64,000 nucleotides of DNA from IMG/VR virus record IMGVR_UViG_3300036818_000089, positions 11,797 to 75,796 of that record. One strand, given 5' to 3'. The notes under the pieces were generated by a model. That model did no database searches. It had not been told where the DNA came from and saw only the letters and a program-made list of their open reading frames with translations. Positions 36,141 through 46,214 of this stretch are shown one piece after another (position 1 is the first letter of the stretch; each line of letters begins with the position of its first letter). Position numbers and translations under genes: made by a program. This DNA comes from a virus.

Positions 36141-37294
36141 CAGTCCTCCATTGTTTGGAGAAGGTGAACGACCTGTCCCTGCTCGGACCCGTTCTGCAGA
36201 CCCAAAATGCGCTGCGTGTACAGGCCGTCGAGCAGCCAGCAGTGCTCCTGCACGTTGTAGATGCCGGTGGCGCCCGCGTCGTAGCTGCCGAACGGGTAGT
36301 CGGCGTCGTCTTGGGCGACAGCCACAGCCCAGGTGGCGATCGGGCGGCCGGTGAGGGCTTGGGTGCCGTCTGACCAGGACTGGAGGGTCGCTTGGACGGT
36401 TTCACCGGAGTGGCTGGTATCCACGTTCTCCAACAGCGGCCAGCCGTCGTCGGTGAGGCTGGGGTCGCTGGACCGTGCCCAGAGGGTGGCGTACTCGATA
36501 CCGCCACCCTTTTCGTAGGTGGTGGTCGACAGATTCGAGCCGTCGTCTGTGGGCAAGATCGATACCGCGTTACCTGGATAGTCGAACACCAACGGGCGCC
36601 CGGATGTGGCCAGCGTGGGGTTGCCGATCAGCGCCTGGTGGCGGACATGCCCGTCGCCGGTCAGGTAGGGCTTGAGCAGGATGTCCGGGCCACCTTCGCC
36701 CTGGGTGAGTTCCTGCAGGCGTTGACCAGCCGAGATCAGTTCGTAGCCGAAGTAGGTTTGGGTGGCCGTCCCGCCGATCGGGCCCGGCAGGTCCAGCGGA
36801 TAGGGCTGCCGGGCGAGTGCGTTGGTGAGGATCGCGACGGCGATGCCCTGCAAACTGGACGTGTAGGTGGTGTCCGCGCCGCCGGCCTGCGCCAACGACA
36901 CCCCCGGCCAGGTCGATGCGATCTGCGCGAGCTTCCGCAGCAGCGGCCAAAACCCGGTGCCCCCGATTTTCAGGATCGGTGGCTGCTCACTCACCAACTG
37001 GCAGGCCGTGAGCGGCCCGGCCTGGCACACATAGTCGGTGCCCGACCCGTCGCCCCAGCAGATCGCTACGGAATGACGCCACTTGTCGGTGACCGCATGC
37101 AACTCGGTCTTAGTTTTGCCTGACGAGCCGTCGTCCGGGCCGATCTGGGTGGTGATCGACCAGGTGCCGTCCGCGTCGATGGTCTGGTTCCACTGCGGCA
37201 TGGCCTGCAACGGGATCTCGTCCACGATCCGGCCGCTGACAGTGAGGTAGACCAGGGCGTAGTAGCCGACCTCGACGTCGATGGCGGAGGTCAC
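36140..37294 (-). CDS. Minor tail protein (baseplate hub, Gp37-like)
   Basis: Size and position after Dit; RLQELT..EGGPD motif typical of actinophage minor tails. Confidence 0.65.
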   Translation of the reverse strand: MTSAIDVEVGYYALVYLTVSGRIVDEIPLQAMPQWNQTIDADGTWSITTQIGPDDGSSGKTKTELHAVTDKWRHSVAICWGDGSGTDYVCQAGPLTACQLVSEQPPILKIGGTGFWPLLRKLAQIASTWPGVSLAQAGGADTTYTSSLQGIAVAILTNALARQPYPLDLPGPIGGTATQTYFGYELISAGQRLQELTQGEGGPDILLKPYLTGDGHVRHQALIGNPTLATSGRPLVFDYPGNAVSILPTDDGSNLSTTTYEKGGGIEYATLWARSSDPSLTDDGWPLLENVDTSHSGETVQATLQSWSDGTQALTGRPIATWAVAVAQDDADYPFGSYDAGATGIYNVQEHCWLLDGLYTQRILGLQNGSEQGQVVHLLQTMED

Positions 37295-38427
37295 GCCGGT
37301 TGCGATTCGGTGTAGGGATTGGCAGCCGTCGCGGTGCCACCGCCGGACTCATGCCACAGCAGGAACATGTTGTATGTCGACCCGGGTGTCAAACCGGTCA
37401 CGGTCCTGGACCTGTAGCCGGGCAGCACAGATTGGCCGTTGGCCTGCAGGCTTGACGCGTCTGTGATGGCGGACACCACTGTCCCGGACCCGACCGTTGA
37501 ACCCTGAGCGACAGATGCGCCGATGAACATCGTGGAACCGCTGGCCAGCGAGTGGAAACAGTTGGCGCCCCACCCGATGCGCACGGTGCCCGAAGCAGGC
37601 GCGATGAACGAGTGGCCGACTACTGCGGCGCTCACCGTCATTGCCGCGTTGGCAGAGTTCGTGGTGGTGGCGTTCCCGCTCACCGGAACGTTGTGCACCG
37701 ACGCGCCGGTCAGGTCGGTGACGCGCACCCAAACGCGGTTGGCGGCGTCCCACCGGTCGATGGTGAAGCCGCCGATCGCTACGGTGTCGCGCATCTCGCC
37801 GACCATGAACCCAGGGTCGGTGAGCAGATCCCCTTCCAGCAGGGGCCGTATCGTGCCGCGCAACGCGGTCGACTTCCGCTTGAAACTGATCATGCCGGTG
37901 GTCACGGTCGAGGTGGTCGCCGGGAGCAGCACCTGCGCCAAGGGAATCGAGTTGGCAGGCGCAGCCGGCACCGCAGGTGTCCCGGACGCCACCCCGGTGG
38001 TCACCACGATCTGGGTCAGCGACACGCCACCGTTATCGCCGAGCGCGCCGTCCAACACCTGCAAGTCGACCCGGTCGATGCGAGAGTTGGTGGCGTCGGC
38101 CGTCGCGAGCGTGACCGGCACCGAGGTTTCGCTGACTACCACGTACGAGCCGACCTTCGTGGTCCGCTCAACCACGGCGACACCGGCGCGCACAGTGCAG
38201 GTCAAACCGCTGGACGGTTCCAGCACCCAGCAGGTCGGGTTAGGGAATCCGCTGTCGGACGGCCCGACCAGGCAGCCGGGTCGGGAGGTCGCCATATTGG
38301 TGAGCGACCCCTCCGCCAGGAATCCGAGGTCGTGGAACCGGCCGCCCTGCGCGGAGTTGGTGGATTGGATGGTCCACGTGACACCGGGGTGCGTGCTGCC
38401 GATTACCCCGTTGACTGCGCCTGCCAT
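37291..38427 (-). CDS. Minor tail protein
   Basis: ADATNSRIDRV and GVASGTPAVPAAPANSIPLAQV motifs typical of actinophage minor tails. Confidence 0.7.
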   Translation of the reverse strand: MAGAVNGVIGSTHPGVTWTIQSTNSAQGGRFHDLGFLAEGSLTNMATSRPGCLVGPSDSGFPNPTCWVLEPSSGLTCTVRAGVAVVERTTKVGSYVVVSETSVPVTLATADATNSRIDRVDLQVLDGALGDNGGVSLTQIVVTTGVASGTPAVPAAPANSIPLAQVLLPATTSTVTTGMISFKRKSTALRGTIRPLLEGDLLTDPGFMVGEMRDTVAIGGFTIDRWDAANRVWVRVTDLTGASVHNVPVSGNATTTNSANAAMTVSAAVVGHSFIAPASGTVRIGWGANCFHSLASGSTMFIGASVAQGSTVGSGTVVSAITDASSLQANGQSVLPGYRSRTVTGLTPGSTYNMFLLWHESGGGTATAANPYTESQPA

Positions 38428-38442
38428 GCGTTTTCCCCCGGC

Positions 38443-39342
38443 TTAGTAGGCGTCCGATGCGGACACGGTGAGGGTGGGTGTACCGGCCGATGTGCCCTGG
38501 AACTGCACTGTCACGGAGGACTGCGCAGGCAGTGACCACCATTGGGCGACGGTCAGGTTGGGGCGGAACGGCACGTTGTTTTTGGTGACGGCCCGGTTGA
38601 TCGGGTTGGACCGCAGCACGACCGTGTCGCTGGCCGCGAGGGTGTCGGTGAACACCAGTTGGCGGCCGTCGGGTCCGACGATGGTCGGGTTGGTGACCGG
38701 CCCGACGATCGTGAAGGTGGGCCACGTCTTGACTTGGCCGTTGTTGGTCAAGGTGATCAGGCCGAGCGACGTGACCGTCCCCCAGTCCAGGCCGCCCGTG
38801 CTGCCACCGGTCCAGTCGAGGCCGCCGCCGGTGGACCAGTCCAGGCCACCCGACCCGGACGGCAGCCCCGTGGACTGGCTCACCAGCGCCCCGTACAGCG
38901 ACGGGTCGACGGCAGACAGGGTGAGTTGCCAGTCGAACTCGCCCGCCGACGCCGGCGTCGCCTTAGGCTGCCCGGCGCGTTCAACCAGCGCAGTGAGAGT
39001 CAGGCCGTCCAGGTAGGTGACGGTCAGCGTGTCCTGGCCGCCGTTGACCAGCAGATTCACAAAAGCGCGGCGGGACGCCTCGGTGCCGGCGACCGACGAA
39101 CCGCGGGCCCACCCGGAGATGGTCATCTGGCGGGGGATGCGGAAGTTCCGGGACCGTTGGGCGCCGTCAGCGTTCGGGAACGGCGACTGGTTGAGCCGCA
39201 CATCGGGGCCGTCGAAGATCCCGGTGGTGCCGGGCCGCACAGCCCATGTGGTGCCGTTCGCGTCCGTCACACCCGTGTCGCCGGCGGACCAGGCGCCGAG
39301 CACGTAGAGCGGACTGGACAAGGCCACGGTCATGTCAGCCAC
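38443..39342 (-). CDS. Distal tail protein (Dit)
   Basis: Immediately after the tape measure; LSAVDP and NNGQVKTWPTFTIVGPVTNP motifs. Confidence 0.75.
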   Translation of the reverse strand: MADMTVALSSPLYVLGAWSAGDTGVTDANGTTWAVRPGTTGIFDGPDVRLNQSPFPNADGAQRSRNFRIPRQMTISGWARGSSVAGTEASRRAFVNLLVNGGQDTLTVTYLDGLTLTALVERAGQPKATPASAGEFDWQLTLSAVDPSLYGALVSQSTGLPSGSGGLDWSTGGGLDWTGGSTGGLDWGTVTSLGLITLTNNGQVKTWPTFTIVGPVTNPTIVGPDGRQLVFTDTLAASDTVVLRSNPINRAVTKNNVPFRPNLTVAQWWSLPAQSSVTVQFQGTSAGTPTLTVSASDAY

Positions 39343-42300
39343 CCACCGACGTCATCAGGTCCCACTGGGTCTGCGCAGATACGCGGTGCGCCAGCTCGTA
39401 GGCGGAGTCGTTGTCCCGCACCGAGATGTGGTTGTGGATCTCTACCGAGGTCGTCTTCGTCGTGCCGGTCGAGACGCCCTGGTTCGCGGCGGCTGCGGCG
39501 ATCAGCGACCGGGAGCGTTGCGACCCGTCCAGCGGGGCGAAAAGTTCCGGTTTGGTCATGTTGTCGCCGATGACGCGCCACGTGTCCGGCGGCACCACCG
39601 TGGCCACCGACCCGGACATGGGGGTCAGGCCCTGCGCTGGGACGTCAACGTTGCCGACAGCGTTGGGCTGGATCAGGCCGCCGTGCGCGAACCCCGAGCC
39701 GGGACCGGCGTGGATCTGCCCGGTCGACACGTTCACCCGGATCGTTTTGCCTGAGTTGGTGCGGATGATCTGGTTGACCGCTGAGGTGACCGCGTCATGC
39801 GCGGTGACTGTGACCGTGCCGTTGGGCAGGTGGGTCACGTCGAACCCGAGCGTCTTGAGCCGTGCTTCAGCGGCCGCAGTCAGTCCGGTCACAGTGACCG
39901 GTGTGTTCGGCGGCAGGTTCTCCAAGGACCGCTGGACCTGCCCAATGTTCTGGAACGCCAGCGTCGCACCGGGAGTGGTGATAGCGGTAGCGACCTGGGA
40001 GGGGATCCCGCCGTAGGCTTCGATCAGGTCGAGCGCATGCTGCCTGGATATCCCCAGGCTCTTGGCCAGCGGGCCGACCAGCTCGTTCACCAGGTCCTGC
40101 GTCTTGGAGGTGACCTGTTGCTGCGTGTCGCCCTGGTTGGCCAGGGCCGATGCGTAGGTGCCGATCTGGTCCACGACCTGCTTGATCGCGTCCCGAGCGA
40201 CCTGGCCCTTCTGCGACCACAGGTCCAGGCCACCCTGAGCGTTGAACAGTGGCCCCTTAGTGCCGGACAGTTGCGTCGACAGATCCTGTACGGCTTTCGC
40301 CGCGCCCTCGATCGCGTCGTCGGCGGTCTCGGCGCCGCCCTCGGCCATCTGGTGCATCTGGTCCAGCAGCGCCTGCAGCTTCGCCGACGCCGTCGACGAA
40401 TCGTCGCCGAGGACCTTGGTGTCCGCGCCGATCTGCTCGATCTGCCCGGACAGACCAGGCAGGAACCCGGTCTGCTGCTCCCAGATGGCGGTCTGAATCT
40501 GTTGCGCGGCTGCCGACCCGAGGAACGCGTTCCGCAGGCCACCGAGGTGGTTGGCCAGCACGTCCGCCGCCTGCGAGTTGGCCTGCTGGGCGTCGGTGCT
40601 GTTACCGGTCGCGTTGTACTGCTGCTGCACGCCGGCGATGTAGTCCTGCAGTCGCCCCTTCACCGAGTCCAGCGCGGTCCCGCCCTGTTCAACGGCGGAC
40701 GCGAACGTGGCCTGTGAAATCCCGGACGCGGCGAGCACGTTGGCCAACTGGACGTGCGTGAAAATCTGGTCACCCGTGGCCGCGGTGTTGAGCACCGTCT
40801 GGGTGTGCTGCAGCACCGCCGAGTTGATCTGTGTTGTGGTGGCGTCCTCAACGCCTCGCAGCGCGGTGTCCAGGTCGTCGCTGGACGATGCCTGCTTCTG
40901 TGTGGCGGCTGCGGCCTTGTCCTGCTGATCGGACAACACCCCGGTCAACGCGGACAGGCCAGCCACGGCGATACCGACATAGGGCAGGCCGCGGGCCAGC
41001 CCACCCAGGCCGCCGGTGATGCCGGTCGTGGACTCGATCAACCGGTTCGCGCCGCCCAGCAATGCGCTGGACTCCAACGACACAGCCCAGCCCTCTGTCG
41101 CGGTCTGCAGCGCCCGAAACACGGGCACACCGATCGCGGCGGCCGCGGCCATCGCACCGACTTCGGGTCCGATCGGGCCCAGCACCGATTCGGCGTCGTC
41201 GAGGGTGCCGACCACCGTGTGCAGGACACCGTCCAGCGCGGGCAACGCGCCCTGCGCCAAGTTCGCGGTGATCCCGACGAGGTCGCCGATGCCGTGACCG
41301 ACCGTGCCGACGATCTGCCCTACTTCTGACAGGTCGGAGCCGATAGCGCCCGACGACGACGCCGTCTGGTTAGCGACGTCCGCGATCGCGTTACCGATGC
41401 TGCGTTCGACATCGGCGAGGCCCTGCGCGATCGGCTGCGACCGGGCCAGCGCGTTGTCCAGCGCCGGCAGCGTGGTCTGCGCCAGTCCGACGAGGCCGTC
41501 GGTGAGCGGCTTCACATCTTGCGCGGCGTGCTCGAACATCGACGACAACCGCGGCTGCTCACCGACAACGAGATCATCGATCCGTGTCAACGCGCCCTGG
41601 ATCGGGGGCACCATCGACGTGGCGGCATCCGTGGCCGCCGACTTCGCGTCCTGGGACAGTGATTGCCACCCGGCCTGGATCTGGGTGTTGCCCTTCTCCA
41701 GGTAGGCACCCAGCGCGGTCAGCCCGATCGACGTGCCGGCGATCAGCGCGCCACCAATGAGGGGGCCGCCTGCGATGACGGCCAGCCCGATCGCGGAGGC
41801 CAGGGCAGATCCTGTGGCGGAGCCGGTCTTCTTCACAGCGTCCTGGTCCAGCACGGGTTCGACGGGGATCTGGGCCTGGACCTCGGCTCGGACCTCCTCC
41901 GCGAGCGCCAGCACCTCTGTTTTGAACCGGTCACCTGCAGCCATCTGGACCGGGATGTCCTGGTGCACGGCGGATTCGATCTCGCCGATCGCGATCAGAA
42001 CCTGCTCGCGGTACTCCGCCATCTCCGGGTTGACCGGAAGGTTCACCGCGTCAGCGGAAATCCCTTTCAGTTCGGCTTTGACCCTCGCCCGCCACGCCTC
42101 GGTGATCGGATCCTCGGCCTCGGTTGGTACCTCAACCGCGGGCAGGTTCTCGATCATTTCGCGGGCCTTCTCGTACCGCACTTCCCACGAGTCCGTGGAC
42201 AGCACGGTCGGCACCAAGATCGGCACACCGGTCGAGATCCGAACCCTGGCCTCGTCGACCTTCCGCTGGCCAGGCTCGCCGAGCTCCGTGGGCACATCCG

Positions 42301-42988
42301 CGGGGTCTTCGCCCTCCAACGCCGCGCGGGCACGATCCACCGGCGTCTCGGAAGGCCGTTCAAGCTGGGTCGGCACCTGGAACGCTGGCTCGGCTTGGAG
42401 GGCCGCCCGTTCGGTCTGGATAGCGGCCTGCGACGGCGTACCAAGCTCGGTCGGCAGTTGCAGAGGAGGCTCGCGGTCCAGGTCAGACTGCAGGTCCCGG
42501 ACCTCGGACTCGGTGGGTGCGCCGAGCTCCGTGGGGATCGACAGCGGCCCCGAGCCGGAGACGCTGCTGCGGGCTTCCTCCACCACCTGCCCGCCTGGGG
42601 TGCCCATGGAGGTGGGGATCTGGATCGGCGGTTCATGCTGTACCTGCTCACGGATCGCATCCAGGCCGGCCGTGTCCGGCAGGTCCAGTTGGGTGCGCAC
42701 GTCGAGCGGCGCTTCACCTTCGATCTCGGCGCGGACCTCGGTCAGCCGCACCGTGTCGGGGAGTTGAAGTTCGGTGCCGAGTTCGATCGGTGCTTCGTCG
42801 GACAGCCGGGTGCGTACGGCGTCGATCTGGGCGGTGTCGGGGTCGGACAGCGACGTCCGCAACTGGATCGCCGGTTTCGCGGCGAGTTCGTCGTGGATGC
42901 GTTCGTAGTCGGTCTCGGTGCTGTCTTCGAGCCGGATCTCCACATAGCCTTCGGCGATCTTGAACCCGTCTGGCATGTGTGCTGTCAC
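39335..42988 (-). CDS. Tape measure protein
   Basis: 1217 aa, Ala/Gly-rich helical, N-terminal IAEGYVEI, C-terminal FAHGG...GDN...PELFAPL; follows the tail chaperones. Confidence 0.88.
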   Translation of the reverse strand: MTAHMPDGFKIAEGYVEIRLEDSTETDYERIHDELAAKPAIQLRTSLSDPDTAQIDAVRTRLSDEAPIELGTELQLPDTVRLTEVRAEIEGEAPLDVRTQLDLPDTAGLDAIREQVQHEPPIQIPTSMGTPGGQVVEEARSSVSGSGPLSIPTELGAPTESEVRDLQSDLDREPPLQLPTELGTPSQAAIQTERAALQAEPAFQVPTQLERPSETPVDRARAALEGEDPADVPTELGEPGQRKVDEARVRISTGVPILVPTVLSTDSWEVRYEKAREMIENLPAVEVPTEAEDPITEAWRARVKAELKGISADAVNLPVNPEMAEYREQVLIAIGEIESAVHQDIPVQMAAGDRFKTEVLALAEEVRAEVQAQIPVEPVLDQDAVKKTGSATGSALASAIGLAVIAGGPLIGGALIAGTSIGLTALGAYLEKGNTQIQAGWQSLSQDAKSAATDAATSMVPPIQGALTRIDDLVVGEQPRLSSMFEHAAQDVKPLTDGLVGLAQTTLPALDNALARSQPIAQGLADVERSIGNAIADVANQTASSSGAIGSDLSEVGQIVGTVGHGIGDLVGITANLAQGALPALDGVLHTVVGTLDDAESVLGPIGPEVGAMAAAAAIGVPVFRALQTATEGWAVSLESSALLGGANRLIESTTGITGGLGGLARGLPYVGIAVAGLSALTGVLSDQQDKAAAATQKQASSSDDLDTALRGVEDATTTQINSAVLQHTQTVLNTAATGDQIFTHVQLANVLAASGISQATFASAVEQGGTALDSVKGRLQDYIAGVQQQYNATGNSTDAQQANSQAADVLANHLGGLRNAFLGSAAAQQIQTAIWEQQTGFLPGLSGQIEQIGADTKVLGDDSSTASAKLQALLDQMHQMAEGGAETADDAIEGAAKAVQDLSTQLSGTKGPLFNAQGGLDLWSQKGQVARDAIKQVVDQIGTYASALANQGDTQQQVTSKTQDLVNELVGPLAKSLGISRQHALDLIEAYGGIPSQVATAITTPGATLAFQNIGQVQRSLENLPPNTPVTVTGLTAAAEARLKTLGFDVTHLPNGTVTVTAHDAVTSAVNQIIRTNSGKTIRVNVSTGQIHAGPGSGFAHGGLIQPNAVGNVDVPAQGLTPMSGSVATVVPPDTWRVIGDNMTKPELFAPLDGSQRSRSLIAAAAANQGVSTGTTKTTSVEIHNHISVRDNDSAYELAHRVSAQTQWDLMTSVGG

Positions 42989-43314
42989 CCCCTCCCGAAG
43001 CTGATGACCGTGGACAGGACCGGGTCGGCCGCTACCGCAGCCGCCGTGGCGGGCACCTCACGGACCGCCGGATCGCGTGGTGCCGCAGGCTGCGGCACCG
43101 GTTGGGCTGGCGCAGGCGCCGCGTTGGCGACGTGTTGGGCATGCCCGGCCGCACGCACCGCGCCCGGGTAGTGGACGAGCAACTCGGCCAACATCACGAG
43201 CCGTACCGCCTCGACGTCCTCGATCCGGTCGATGCGGTGCAGCACGGAGAAGTCGGACCGCAGTTCGTCCAGGTGCCCCACGAACAGCGGCAGCAGCTGC
43301 TGCAGCCGCTGCAC
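42985..43314 (-). CDS. Tail assembly chaperone, C-terminal (-1 frameshift) part
   Basis: In the -1 frame of the slippery site C CCA AAA at 43332..43326. Confidence 0.75.
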   Translation of the reverse strand: MQRLQQLLPLFVGHLDELRSDFSVLHRIDRIEDVEAVRLVMLAELLVHYPGAVRAAGHAQHVANAAPAPAQPVPQPAAPRDPAVREVPATAAAVAADPVLSTVISFGRG

Positions 43315-43319
43315 GAGGG

Positions 43320-43730
43320 CTACGCTTTTGGGTCCGTGCGCCGCAGAATCCGGGCCAGGATCTGGTCGCGGATCCAGTGCATCTGCTGGTCGGTGAGGTT
43401 GCGCACCTTCCGCAGGTCCCGGTAGCTGCGCTCACCCAGCCCAGCCGAGAACGCGAAGTCGATGGCGGCCTCCGTGCCGGCCCGCGCCGCGAGGTAGTTG
43501 AACTCCAGGGTGATCGATCCGGGGAACGCCAGGGGGATCGTGTATGCGTTGCCGTCGATGAAGAACAGCGGCTCGCGGGTGGTGAACCGCGGGTCGGTGT
43601 CCTGCGAGGTGTCCAGCTGCAGCGGGACGAGCCCCGCGGTCTGTACCGGGGGCACTGTCTCGTCGACGTCGCTGTCCGGAACCACAGCGGGTTCGCTTGG
43701 CTTGGCCTTTTTCCGTGTGGCGGTGGTCAT
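43320..43730 (-). CDS. Tail assembly chaperone (gpG-like)
   Basis: Between tail tube and tape measure; ends DPKA with a slippery heptamer. Confidence 0.8.
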   Translation of the reverse strand: MTTATRKKAKPSEPAVVPDSDVDETVPPVQTAGLVPLQLDTSQDTDPRFTTREPLFFIDGNAYTIPLAFPGSITLEFNYLAARAGTEAAIDFAFSAGLGERSYRDLRKVRNLTDQQMHWIRDQILARILRRTDPKA

Positions 43731-43815
43731 CTACTGACCCCTTCTTTCGAATGGGCGGTGGTCAGCGGGCCAGCCGCAGCGCTCTACACGCCACGGCTGG
43801 CCTGCCGTGTCGCGG

Positions 43816-44388
43816 TTACGCGGTCTGGTCGACGACGTGAATGGGCGCGGTCGTGGGTGACACGTAGTGGGCGCCGAGCACTACGGGCACGAATGTCTGC
43901 TTGTCCTTGGCGTAGGTCATGTCGACTTTGCCGGTGTTCAGCACCCGCCTCATGATCACGCGCCGTCGGGCGTTGGGCACGGATGCGGGGGCGAAACCGT
44001 CGAGCATCGCCGCGATGTACGGAAGCTGGCTGGTCGCAGTGCCGGAGAACACTGGCTCGTAGACGGCGAAGTTCGCGCCCGTCGCCCCCACCGTGCTGTT
44101 GAGCGACAACGCCAAGTTCGCCAGGGTCGGCTCGGCGAGGTTGGAGGTGAGCGTGATGTCCCGGGCCGTGAGGCGGCGTCCGACGGTGTCGACGACCTGG
44201 TCGCACGACAGCACGGTCAGGGTCTGGTCGACCTCCAACATCAGCCCGGAGTCCGTGGCGCCGGCGTCGGTCCACGCCGACGCGGCGGGCGCGGCGTTGA
44301 CGGCGGCATCGGCCGGTTCGGTGGCGCCGAACGCGCCGGTGTACAGCACACCCGGACCCATGATCAGGTTCGCGACGGTGACGGACAC
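43816..44388 (-). CDS. Major tail (tube) protein
   Basis: NLIMGPGVLYTGAFGATEP and LAEPTLANL motifs; synteny. Confidence 0.8.
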   Translation of the reverse strand: MSVTVANLIMGPGVLYTGAFGATEPADAAVNAAPAASAWTDAGATDSGLMLEVDQTLTVLSCDQVVDTVGRRLTARDITLTSNLAEPTLANLALSLNSTVGATGANFAVYEPVFSGTATSQLPYIAAMLDGFAPASVPNARRRVIMRRVLNTGKVDMTYAKDKQTFVPVVLGAHYVSPTTAPIHVVDQTA

Positions 44389-44438
44389 GAGGTCCCTCCC
44401 TCTGTGTGGCCCAGGCGTCTACCGCCCGGGCGCGGTGA

Positions 44439-44819
44439 TCACTTCTTCTTGCCCCGGGTGGTGCGGGTGACAGCGATGCCCGGGTAGCGAGCCGCTACCC
44501 GGCCTTGGACCTGCTTCTTCTGCGCGGGCGTCCCGTTTTGTGCGACGCGGACGAGCGCGTTGCGGGCGTGGGCGGCGTCGTCGATGCGGTACTTCTTTGC
44601 GCCGGGCAGCCCGAAGTCGTTGCCGCCCATCTGGGCGCGGCCGGTTTTGGTGTTGCGGCGCCGGTTCGTCTTCGCCGACAGCCCCGACTTGCCGGTGGGC
44701 GCCGGGCTTTTGCCCTTCGCCGCCGTGGTCTTCTTCGCGCTGCCCGACGACTTGCCGCCGCTGCGGTTCGCGGTCAGGCGCTTGTCGGCGCCCGTGCCGC
44801 GGCTCGGCTTGCCGCCCAT
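44439..44819 (-). CDS. Very basic protein with DUF6582-like domain
   Basis: FGLPGAKKYRIDDAAHARNALVRVAQ motif; Lys/Arg/Gly-rich N-terminus. Confidence 0.6.
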   Translation of the reverse strand: MGGKPSRGTGADKRLTANRSGGKSSGSAKKTTAAKGKSPAPTGKSGLSAKTNRRRNTKTGRAQMGGNDFGLPGAKKYRIDDAAHARNALVRVAQNGTPAQKKQVQGRVAARYPGIAVTRTTRGKKK

Positions 44820-45076
44820 CACGACCCCCTCCGCGGATCCCGGAACTGGCTGCGGTCCAGTTCGCCGTTCGGGCCCCACCGCACGGCCGCGAAGTCCGGC
44901 ATCCGATGAAGCGGGAAACACTGGTCATCCGGCACCGTGGGCGGGATCTCGCGGGCCTCGATACCGGGCACCAGGAACTCGGCCTGGCCGGCGTCGTGGT
45001 GGGCGATGATCCGACCGAAATAGGTGAGGAAGTCGCGGGTATTCCGCGGCTCGTACAGCCCGTACCGGCGGCTCAC
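44819..45076 (-). CDS. Hypothetical protein in the neck/tail block
   Basis: GTGA coupling to the tail terminator. Confidence 0.55.
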   Translation of the reverse strand: MSRRYGLYEPRNTRDFLTYFGRIIAHHDAGQAEFLVPGIEAREIPPTVPDDQCFPLHRMPDFAAVRWGPNGELDRSQFRDPRRGS

Positions 45077-45525
45077 AGCTGCACCCACTTGAGCTGCAGG
45101 TCGAGGATGAAGTGGGCGTAGTCCCCGGCGTCCGCGTAGGCGCGCCGCGGCGGGGACAGCACCCACGCGCCGCTGACACGGGCGGGCGGGTAGCTGCCGG
45201 ACAAGGTGACGTCCCGTGCTGGTGCGCTGCGGTCATGGGCGTGTAACCAGATCGCCGACGCGAGATTGTTGGCGGCGTTCCACGGCGGCCGCGCCGACGT
45301 CGCCGAATACGAGTACACGTCGACCGTGACCACCGGCCCGTTGAGCTGGTAGTCCGGGTTGTCCGCGCCGCCGACCGTGCGGGCGGTCACGAAACCCTGC
45401 TTGTCCGCCCACGCCGCCGGGGCCGGCAGGACAGCGCCGACCATGTCCGCGGTGATGCCGGGCACGGTGGCCAGCCACGCCTGCGCGACCAGGTCGGTGT
45501 TCGCGTACAGCGTCGGCGCGCTCAC
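45073..45525 (-). CDS. Tail terminator protein
   Basis: Size and synteny; RTVGG...PVVTVDVY. Confidence 0.65.
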   Translation of the reverse strand: MSAPTLYANTDLVAQAWLATVPGITADMVGAVLPAPAAWADKQGFVTARTVGGADNPDYQLNGPVVTVDVYSYSATSARPPWNAANNLASAIWLHAHDRSAPARDVTLSGSYPPARVSGAWVLSPPRRAYADAGDYAHFILDLQLKWVQL

Positions 45526-45848
45526 AGCGACCGCTCCCGGAACAACGCCGGCTTCATGTACGGCTGAGGCGGCTGGAACCGGCCGGTGCGCACCTTCACC
45601 CCGGACGTGTTGACGTAGACGATCTCGTGGCCTTCCTCCACATACACCGAGTAGTCCTTGTCGGTCGACCCGACCCGGGTGGTGGTGTCATCGGTGCGGC
45701 CCCAGGTCAGGGACTCGTCCAGCGCTCCGGTGTCGATCGGGACGAGGACGTGCATGTCGGTCAGCACGTTGCGCGACACCTGGTCCTGCTTGTCCTGGCC
45801 GATCTTCAGCACGTGGTCGTGCCAGTCGCGTTCCTCAACGATTCGCAT
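45522..45848 (-). CDS. HK97 gp10-like neck protein
   Basis: VPIDTGAL, YVEEG and PQPYMKPA motifs. Confidence 0.85.
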   Translation of the reverse strand: MRIVEERDWHDHVLKIGQDKQDQVSRNVLTDMHVLVPIDTGALDESLTWGRTDDTTTRVGSTDKDYSVYVEEGHEIVYVNTSGVKVRTGRFQPPQPYMKPALFRERSL

Positions 45849-45854
45849 GGCCAG

Positions 45855-46214
45855 TCACCCGCCCTGCTGGCTGAGGTCGATGCGCTTGAGTTCCACGTTC
45901 AGGTCGGAGGTCCAGGCCCAGCCGCCGCCCTGCGAGGAGGAGGTGACCTGGAAGGTGCGGCCGCCGGGCCCGTCTTCAACCAGGACGTCGTTGGTGCGCA
46001 GGTCCGTGTCCGACTGGACTGAGCACTCGTAGGTGCGGACCACCCGCACTGTTTGGGTGGCGGGGTCCCACGCACGTTTGGTGGTCTCCTGGATCGACAC
46101 CAGCACCCCAGCTGCGACCCGGTCGCTGGGATCGATCGACGCGACCTCGTCACCGAAAGCGGTTTCGGTGGTGCCGCGGTAGATGGCTGCGGTGCCGGTG
46201 GCGAGGGAGTACAT
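45855..46214 (-). CDS. Head-tail stopper/closure protein
   Basis: Synteny and beta-rich 119 aa. Confidence 0.6.
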   Translation of the reverse strand: MYSLATGTAAIYRGTTETAFGDEVASIDPSDRVAAGVLVSIQETTKRAWDPATQTVRVVRTYECSVQSDTDLRTNDVLVEDGPGGRTFQVTSSSQGGGWAWTSDLNVELKRIDLSQQGG

